The notes under the pieces: model-generated
The model's database searches: none
Seen by the model: the letters and a program-made list of their open reading frames with translations, nothing else
What the model was told of the DNA's origin: nothing
Shown: positions 59,001 through 64,000 of the stretch, one piece after another
How the letters are laid out: every line of letters starts with the position of its first letter
Position numbering within the stretch: position 1 is the stretch's first letter
Virus record (IMG/VR): IMGVR_UViG_3300031695_000001
Source: a virus
DNA: 64,000 bases
Strand: one strand, 5' to 3'
Made by a program: the position numbers and the translations under genes

Positions 59001-60502
59001 TTAAAGGTATATATTACTTCGTTAGCCGAAGTGTTTGTAACTAGTAGTATGTCTGAGCTATCATAGTTACCAATAAACTTAACATACCCAACACCAGTGT
59101 CTACAAATGTTGGTATTGCTGTTAATCCTGTTGTAATTGTATTAACAACAATACTAACTAATTCGTCAATTCGTGTAGTTGCTGTTGAGCCTTCGTATAC
59201 TTTTGTAGCATCAGTAACTTGAGCAACAAGTCCTAATTTAGCGTAAGTTATTTCTGGTAAAACATAATCAGTAATTAAGTCACCAATAAATGCATGTGTG
59301 TCAATTTCTGGAACTCTGTTACCGTCAACTTGTGCTGTTTCTCCATCCCAATATTTTTTAGCATATGTAATAGTCTTACTATTACCGCCATAACGTAAAT
59401 CGTACAAGTATGAAGTTAAAATATATCCTAAGTCTCTTTCGCACTTTGCTTGATTGTATGTGTATGTAGATACCCAACACACTGCGGCAACTATTGCTGT
59501 TTTGTTAGTGTTAATAGCCGCGTGTGCCGTTTGTATAGTTGCACTTGCCCAAGTTACGGCAGGCAAAGTTTTAGTTATTGCATCTAATGAAGTAGCGCCG
59601 CTTTCAAGAACATCTGCAAATATATCAATAAATCCACTACAAAGCACTGCTTCAGTAGTTGTTGCATTAGTTCCACTAGTAACCTGTGTCGTTGTGTTGC
59701 CTGACGAAGCTGTAACTGTTTCGCCCTTTACAACTTTTGTAATGACTGTTTGCAAATGTCTATAAGCCGCAACTACCTGTGTTTGATGTGTGCCGCTTAA
59801 TACAACTGCAAGACTTGCTGCCGAGTTAGTAAACAGTTTAGCTAAATTATAACTTCCGCTATTTCCGCCATTTAATATATCATATACAACTGCTTCAATA
59901 GCATATCTTACGTCACATGATCCTGCTGAAACGCCGTTTGCTTGCGTTGTATCGTACGAAGCGTAATTTAAGTTAGTCCATGCAATAATTTCGTTTCTTA
60001 AAAAGTCTCTATTTGCTATAATCTTATCTTTGGCTGCAATATTAACGGCAGTAGCATCTGTCGGATTAGTATAAGTTGGGGTTGTGGCGGCTGTGATGCC
60101 ATTCTGTGAAATATCATTTACTTCAACAAAGAATGCATTTGATCTTGATACTGCTGTCGAGTCTGCGGCTACGCCTGTAAGTGCCGCAACTGCTAACTTT
60201 GCTCTAGTAATTGTTCTAAAAACTGTATTAGACAAATCTAAACTATTAGCTTGTGCGATTCCTAAAAAGTATGCGTTATAGGTTGTCCCTAAAGCTACAT
60301 CAAATGCAACTCCGTCAATCATGTACCCTATATCTCGTTGGCACTTTACAGAGTCAACAACTTCTTTGTTAAGATATGCAACACTCTCCGAAAGCAAAAA
60401 TGCTTTGTTTGCATTAAGCAATGAGTATGCGTTAGGAAATAGGTTATCTGAATATCCCATTCCCGGTTTAAATTTGTAATTATTTATTCTCTTTTTTGCC
60501 AC
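53057..60502 (-). CDS. Large virion structural / tail-fibre-like protein (2481 aa)
   Basis: G/T/S/A-rich; N-terminal KCxRD helical repeats; eight central beta repeats; DADFEYGLQPTKW and YIRYQSGKG blocks. Confidence 0.75.
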   Translation of the reverse strand: MAKKRINNYKFKPGMGYSDNLFPNAYSLLNANKAFLLSESVAYLNKEVVDSVKCQRDIGYMIDGVAFDVALGTTYNAYFLGIAQANSLDLSNTVFRTITRAKLAVAALTGVAADSTAVSRSNAFFVEVNDISQNGITAATTPTYTNPTDATAVNIAAKDKIIANRDFLRNEIIAWTNLNYASYDTTQANGVSAGSCDVRYAIEAVVYDILNGGNSGSYNLAKLFTNSAASLAVVLSGTHQTQVVAAYRHLQTVITKVVKGETVTASSGNTTTQVTSGTNATTTEAVLCSGFIDIFADVLESGATSLDAITKTLPAVTWASATIQTAHAAINTNKTAIVAAVCWVSTYTYNQAKCERDLGYILTSYLYDLRYGGNSKTITYAKKYWDGETAQVDGNRVPEIDTHAFIGDLITDYVLPEITYAKLGLVAQVTDATKVYEGSTATTRIDELVSIVVNTITTGLTAIPTFVDTGVGYVKFIGNYDSSDILLVTNTSANEVIYTFNETLKGGFTETFRGYVGTSGEQFYADEDFKKYLQVTDAVTKLQLNFSTATALSTDELQIFIDTDELIVRPYEFGTDAIERMRIAPPVSMLDADFEYGLQPTKWSAIATMRGYPSVYEIPGTETDTTLVRTDSSAGTGGVGASLITITTVGAHGFIAGDAITVKGLNQSVVGVARAEGAFILTEVPSQTTFTYYAKAKVGDGGTIDIQVESTQLRKAGFYTGASIGESPNVVVQSNGSSGTIQPALTVPIGEDVIPFNVTVGAAPEIGSPMTGAGISTGTQVTGKVGTGGIIVTPVMTADTAQGATEIVVQSVTGIAAGQGANRGDGQAMIVNSISGLTVTFNDAITKEFKGNYVQYNNVGATNIVSLGQGLILGISRSGGSYTVDDIFISGTNYQVGDQLQVLGDALGGESPANDASFNVTNVDTGGEVLALAVTGAAFAGTGTFNSPAATYLHGNGAGGIWDVTFAGNAYSGALVEPTFTSVTGTTSGGAGTGAQWNLTATNNSYSAVIDVNEVGVTGYAVYDVIKIAGTNLGGSSPLNDAEITITAANSVGYPTSYSVTGTAANAQNAYTNPAFTTGSSGVGAQLNINADGTVYSATIQNIGSGYAENNTLTIAGTALGGTSPANDCTITINTVDTGGEILTQTATGTAVDSTLYANISSGQNLTGAGATFNVAVSGVAYSVTLVGAGDEFAPNQTITIPGTSLGGATPTNDIVLTVTDVDNDSTLTVGPLLTFSAAGTALRGTSGYVVNDRLQIVGNQFTGGVFGTNDMIILVTSIGAGGYITGTTITGTAPDATASYTGVAATGGSGSAATFDVTRTGATYSIVLNGVGTNYVANETLTILGTNLGGATTANDATVTITAVDGSGAITTATVSGAANNAGAQAGATSSPLLGSGATFNVALASQAYTVSVGGGGSGFVANQKFTIVGNLLAGATPANDATITVTAVSGTGAITAVSSSGTGTSGDASFTGVVVNSAALSGNGANFNILRDGTSADSSIGTYTISGGNPGNGYAVGNRLLIGGGSLGGSPTVHDITISVASIDSSGSVVTYTALGDAYAGDDLALYSTITIDAAVTAQLALLANITFEALATMRITFDSPHGLVPGDTFITTVSSDNNSNNHNLAAGSFLAIAIPTKSSLDYTARAVGAIVTDATNIVNATVYPRPDSFFIHRPYDGGVQLGTGGPQHGAQAIRQSKKYIRYQSGKGIMYTTGALFAPSYDLRSCTSSGLETGSTITVTCDDNDHGLQIGGIVNIIGITTAGYNSTYTVNDIIDERTFEVTANLRLGATTATLSFNAQVSTKQWHGATVRSGVFDDQNGIYWEYDGTNLLVNQRTSTKQTAGTATIAPDTNVVTGLNTRFQDQLKTGDRIVIRGMTHVVSHVNSQTEINVTPDYRGVNTALGAKVCLVSDKKVRQADFNLDRMDGTGPSGYALEISKMQMIGIEYSWYGAGFIDFMVRGADGNFVYAHRMRNSNINTEAFMRSGNLPVRYEVTNEGAMGKLRTAVAIADTTLNLDDVDFFPNAGTLFINNELITYTGRTESNNTLTGCTRAAGLTNFQAGAARTYTAGPAAVHAASVGVVLVSNTTTPLISHWGSAFITDGGFDEDRGYIFSYAEQAITVSTTRQTAFMIRLAPSVSNAIVGDLGERELLNRAQLLLTGLEITSETSTGGIVVEGVLNPQNYPTNPSLVNWTGLSGLAQGGQPSFAQIASGAGITWSTGAAATETTLNALTPITAVLDSGIYNTGNNSQYLYINAVDFRATFGTYETESVIGVPISGTNIQSNTTVQDAYIASSGSYGYFRLSRRTSGSISANSSNHVTLTKGGAVSNTNSALVSAASWEASGGANGTAISGNTTNPTFPSGTLVNNIVSLNFAGTAYYELTFNNAMVGTFPGGSGTIILQFVQPPFAQPGETVLSFIATPNERASLDLTSLKELTNTTLGGRGTFPNGPDVLAINIYKTAGSDVLTNIILRWGEAQA
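55820..57900 (-). repeat. Eight ~85-aa repeats (GAxFNV...Y...GxGY...LxIxGxxLGGxxPxND.xITVT) in the fibre protein
   Basis: Visible in the translation; one copy is split by three nested copies. Confidence 0.85.
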
Positions 60503-60505
60503 GTT

Positions 60506-61465
60506 CTAAATTCCTAGTGCGATTGCAAGCGATGTTGCCGTTGAGTCTACATACTTTTTATTACTTATGTCAGTATTGCCTGTAGGATCACTCGTTACGG
60601 TAGCTGTAGTAAAAGCCGCTGTTGACGGAGTCGTTGCACCTATTGTGGTGCCGTTGATTGTTGTTGCTGTTACTGGAACTGTTGATCCAGTCGGTCCTAC
60701 AATACCAATTTGTGTACTGCCGATAATTACTTCTATTTTATTGCCTGCGTCTAAGACAATATTTGTTCCTGCTTTAAATTCAGCAACACCTAATCCATTT
60801 GCGTTAATACCTGTTGCTGTTATTGTTCCGCCAACAAACATATCTTTAGCTACACTTGCGCCGCCTGCTACAACTAAACTACCTATGCCAATGCCAGTTG
60901 AGTCAGTTGTTGCATTTACTGCTAATGATTGTATTGCTGTTGATCCAGTTACAATTAAGCTACTAAAACTACCAGTGCCTGTTACTACCGGATCAACTAC
61001 TGTAATAGTGCCCTTTGGTGTACCGTCTGCATCACCGTAATATAGTGTAGATGGCGCATCTGCTGGAACTGAGACAACAAGTTTGCCTGTTGTCTTTCCT
61101 TGAGCAGATGCTCCTGTTGTTATAGTATTATCAGTTGCAGTGTGTGCTATTCCTACATTGTATAATGTTGTACCATCTGTGTTTATTAAGTTAAATGTTA
61201 TAGATGATAATGTTAGCGTAAACGAATACGAAGTTCCTCTTGTAAATTCTATACTAGGATTATCTGTTGCCGCTACTGTAAAATCATCACTAGCTAATCT
61301 AAAATTACTAGAAACTTCAGTAGCCGAGTAATCACCTGACGTACTAGATGCGCCTCCGCCAACATATTGCAACGAAGTAACAACAACGTTACCTGCGTTG
61401 TCAACAGTAAACCCTGGACTTTTATATCCAAACTCTGATTCAAATTGACGGTATTCTATAGCCAC
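60506..61465 (-). CDS. Virion structural protein (fibre-associated)
   Basis: G/T-rich; RG.SYSF...VPADAPSTLYY, GSLVVAGG, NKKYVD...AIALG motifs; late box upstream. Confidence 0.7.
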   Translation of the reverse strand: MAIEYRQFESEFGYKSPGFTVDNAGNVVVTSLQYVGGGASSTSGDYSATEVSSNFRLASDDFTVAATDNPSIEFTRGTSYSFTLTLSSITFNLINTDGTTLYNVGIAHTATDNTITTGASAQGKTTGKLVVSVPADAPSTLYYGDADGTPKGTITVVDPVVTGTGSFSSLIVTGSTAIQSLAVNATTDSTGIGIGSLVVAGGASVAKDMFVGGTITATGINANGLGVAEFKAGTNIVLDAGNKIEVIIGSTQIGIVGPTGSTVPVTATTINGTTIGATTPSTAAFTTATVTSDPTGNTDISNKKYVDSTATSLAIALGI

Positions 61466-61504
61466 TTAACATGTCTCCAATTTAATATATTTATCCACTT
61501 ATGG

Positions 61505-61894
61505 TTATGCGTGGCTACGGAAATATGTAGCTGAAAAGAATGCCTTTGCACCTTTGTCAGCGGCTGTTTTAGGGTTTAATATAAGTTGAACATACGAGTT
61601 TGTAACGCTTGTTGTAACGCTAACTATATCGCGTGTTGTACTTGCTCTTCCGTATACTACTACTGATGCGGTATCCGGCGATGCTGTTAGTAATACCTTA
61701 ATTACTTCTTTAACATCTTTGCCGTTTTCAACGTTAATAGTGTATTCAGCAGAGGAAAAATCTCCCATATGCCATTCATCAATAACCAGGTCGCTTTGGA
61801 CTTCTTTCCACATACCTTCGTATGAAAAGTTTATTCCACCCTTCAATAAGATTGTGCTTCGAAGTCCTTTTTTTAGAAATTTAGTTAAATCCAT
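61505..61894 (-). CDS. Hypothetical late (structural) protein
   Basis: ATAAATA box at 61919-61925; small beta-rich ORF. Confidence 0.6.
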   Translation of the reverse strand: MDLTKFLKKGLRSTILLKGGINFSYEGMWKEVQSDLVIDEWHMGDFSSAEYTINVENGKDVKEVIKVLLTASPDTASVVVYGRASTTRDIVSVTTSVTNSYVQLILNPKTAADKGAKAFFSATYFRSHA

Positions 61895-61927
61895 TATAGT
61901 ATCCTAATATCTACAATGTATTTATCG

Positions 61928-63739
61928 CTATTCCTTATTGGCAACAGTTACAAGTTTACCAAATTCTGGCAAATATAAGTATTCTATATCACTTTGCTTT
62001 AATGTCCAAATTGCATCTTCTATAGTTTCAACAAGTGGTTCACCGCCTAAGTTAAAGCTAGTGTTGAATATTATCGAACACCCTGTCTTTTCTTTAAACG
62101 CCTTAATTAAACTATAATAGTTTGGATTTTGTTCTTCAGTTACTGTTTGTATTCTGCAAGTTCCGTCAACATGTATAATACTAGGTATCTTTTCTGCAAT
62201 GCCTGGTTGGCAGTTAACAGCATACATCATATGCGGACTATCTTCCATGCCACGTAGATCAAACCATTCGTGTACGTCTTCTGCTAGAATAGAGCCTGCA
62301 AATGGACGGAAGTATTCTCGGTGCTTAACATCATTAACATAGTCTTTGCCGTCTTCAAATGTAGGATCAAATAACACGCTTCTATTACCTAATGCACGTG
62401 GCCCGTTTTCACTTCTTCCTTGGAACAATGTAACAATATTTTTCTTAGTTAACAGATCAACAATATCTTCGTTAGTTGCGTCGGTAATAGTTACACCGTC
62501 TACTGTAGTCTTATCAATAATATCTTTTTCAGTATAGTTATTGTTAGGACCTAAGTACAACGATTGTGTTTGTACAACTTTTGAATCTTCTTCTAAGCCG
62601 TACCAAAACATCATTGCCGCGCCCATTGCTGTACCTGCATCATTACTTACTGGTTCAACATATACTTCAATGCCTTCGTCTTTAAGTGCTTCTAAATAAT
62701 GATAATTAGCAACACAGTTTAATCCGTAGCCGCCGCTTATTACTACTTTCTTTTTACCAGTCAGTTCAACAGCATTTCTAATTAAATTTGTAACTTGATC
62801 TTGTGTTTGTGTCTGACACGCATATGCCATATCACGTCTGCTATCTAACAACGTTAAGTCGTCTTTAGTTTCCATTTGATTAACTTCATTTAAGAAGTCG
62901 TATATTCCACTGTTTACAATAGCACCATTTGGGTAATTAGGAACAATTACATTTCTGTTTGATAGTGGGTAAATTGACTCTTCGTCAAACAACTTAGGTA
63001 TAGCATCGTTAGGCTTACCATATGGAAATAATCCCATAGTTTTTCCAGCTTCTATTCCGCTCCATCCACAGTATTGTGTAACTGCTTCGTATACTTTAAC
63101 AATACCTGCTCTGTCACTTACTATTGCATCGTGCATCCCACCGTTTTCACCAAACATGTCTGACGGCATTTTTGTTAAGCCGCCCGGGATTGGTTCTCTA
63201 GTTCCGTATACTTTAAATTTAGTATTAAATTCTGCAGGGTAATCGCAGTCAATAATGCTTTCTACTTCCCAGCTCATCACTTGCTCGTTGTTAATACTTA
63301 ATGGTATAAATGTGCCTGCTCCGTCGACGATTACACTTACTGCGCTATCAAACCCGCTTCTGTAAAATCCACACGCCGAATGTAGTTTGTGGTGCATAAA
63401 TGCTAAGTCAATAACCTGAGGATGTTCGTAAGATGTTGAATTTGATTTTTGATCAATTAATCCCAATTTACGTGCTAACCCGGTATACATATCATCTCCG
63501 CTGTAGTCAATTTTGCCAGCAGTTTCTTTTAACGGTTGAGTATGTGCAACTACTAAGTAGTCAATTTTATCAGTATAATCTAAAATTTTAACCATACTTG
63601 CAAATGGCCCGCCATCATACTTTTGCCTAGACAACCGTTCTTCTTCAATAGAAAATACAACTTCGCCGTCTTTAAGTAAACATACACCACTGTTGTGGCC
63701 TCTTGCTATTCCCGCGATCCAAATTGGTTTCTTGCTCAT
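61928..63739 (-). CDS. Carbamoyltransferase (NodU/CmcH family), full length
   Basis: HNSG, EEERLSR.KYD, HHKLH, DGAG, GKTMGL, SGGYGLNCVAN, DAG, GPRALGNRS, REYFRPFA, HVDGTCRIQTV, NTSFN motifs. Confidence 0.95.
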   Translation of the reverse strand: MSKKPIWIAGIARGHNSGVCLLKDGEVVFSIEEERLSRQKYDGGPFASMVKILDYTDKIDYLVVAHTQPLKETAGKIDYSGDDMYTGLARKLGLIDQKSNSTSYEHPQVIDLAFMHHKLHSACGFYRSGFDSAVSVIVDGAGTFIPLSINNEQVMSWEVESIIDCDYPAEFNTKFKVYGTREPIPGGLTKMPSDMFGENGGMHDAIVSDRAGIVKVYEAVTQYCGWSGIEAGKTMGLFPYGKPNDAIPKLFDEESIYPLSNRNVIVPNYPNGAIVNSGIYDFLNEVNQMETKDDLTLLDSRRDMAYACQTQTQDQVTNLIRNAVELTGKKKVVISGGYGLNCVANYHYLEALKDEGIEVYVEPVSNDAGTAMGAAMMFWYGLEEDSKVVQTQSLYLGPNNNYTEKDIIDKTTVDGVTITDATNEDIVDLLTKKNIVTLFQGRSENGPRALGNRSVLFDPTFEDGKDYVNDVKHREYFRPFAGSILAEDVHEWFDLRGMEDSPHMMYAVNCQPGIAEKIPSIIHVDGTCRIQTVTEEQNPNYYSLIKAFKEKTGCSIIFNTSFNLGGEPLVETIEDAIWTLKQSDIEYLYLPEFGKLVTVANKE

Positions 63740-64000
63740 TTAAAATCCTCTGTATCTGTTACCTTGCCACTCGGGCAAGTTATTATATATTGTTTCACAA
63801 AATAAATTAAAATCTCTGTGAGTCTCTTTATACATTGTGTTAACTTTATCTATCCAAATTTCTGTTTGTTTGCTTAGATCCTGGCTATTTTTAAGTTTTG
63901 GTTTAACTTGTGTTAGTAAATATTCTGCATGTTGATTTATGCTAGGATGTCTGTCAGTAACAAACACTCCGTTGTCATTAAACTTAAAATGACTAAGTTT
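63740..64000 (-). CDS. SGNH-like protein, C-terminal part (runs off window)
   Basis: Frame is open to the window edge; DRHPS..QH motif like that of 8893-9609. Confidence 0.55.
   Translation of the reverse strand, partial: KLSHFKFNDNGVFVTDRHPSINQHAEYLLTQVKPKLKNSQDLSKQTEIWIDKVNTMYKETHRDFNLFCETIYNNLPEWQGNRYRGF

Noticed and set aside
47-62537. Many 60-190 aa ORFs antisense to or nested within long genes (for example 1566-1952, 22540-23019, 55839-57809, 60567-61040)
   Set aside because: They are shadow frames of well-supported genes with no motifs or RBS; the long antisense frames in the fibre gene reflect its biased codon use
1-64000. tRNA, rRNA or CRISPR arrays
   Set aside because: Intergenic gaps are short (about 150 nt or less) and explained by promoters or hairpins; no cloverleaf or repeat-spacer pattern was seen by eye, and tRNAscan was not run
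1-64000. Stop-codon reassignment
   Set aside because: Core genes are full length under the standard code, and TAA, TAG and TGA all end genes

Overview
The window is a gene-dense, AT-rich 64 kb segment of a large, distantly T4-like myovirus genome, probably aquatic, using the standard genetic code; the host is likely a Gram-negative proteobacterium (inference). Replication and recombination genes: gp41 helicase, gp61 primase, probable gp62, UvsW, UvsY, UvsX, gp32 and gp1 dNMP kinase. Packaging and virion genes: TerL, TerS, gp4, tail tube, a 1084-aa sheath, neck gp13/14/15 and a 2481-aa repeat-rich fibre-like protein. The accessory set is large and biased to surface-glycan chemistry: KdsA and KdsB (CMP-Kdo), HldE/GmhB/HldD (ADP-heptose) with an aldolase and a cupin, a nine-gene glycosyl-/methyltransferase cluster with four KpsS/KpsC-like paralogues, two carbamoyltransferases, four SGNH-like proteins and four 2OG-Fe(II) oxygenases. 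It also has FolE, YhhQ, PurM, peptide deformylase and a 189-aa miniature DnaE-like catalytic core. Regulatory signals include seven near-consensus sigma70 promoters and many (A/G/C)TAAATA late-type boxes, many placed 4-6 nt from a start codon (predicted leaderless mRNAs). There is also a compact SD-sequestering hairpin/pseudoknot in the folE leader and a structured gp32 leader. No tRNA, rRNA, CRISPR array or mobile element was seen. All assignments come from motif recognition by eye; no database searches were run.
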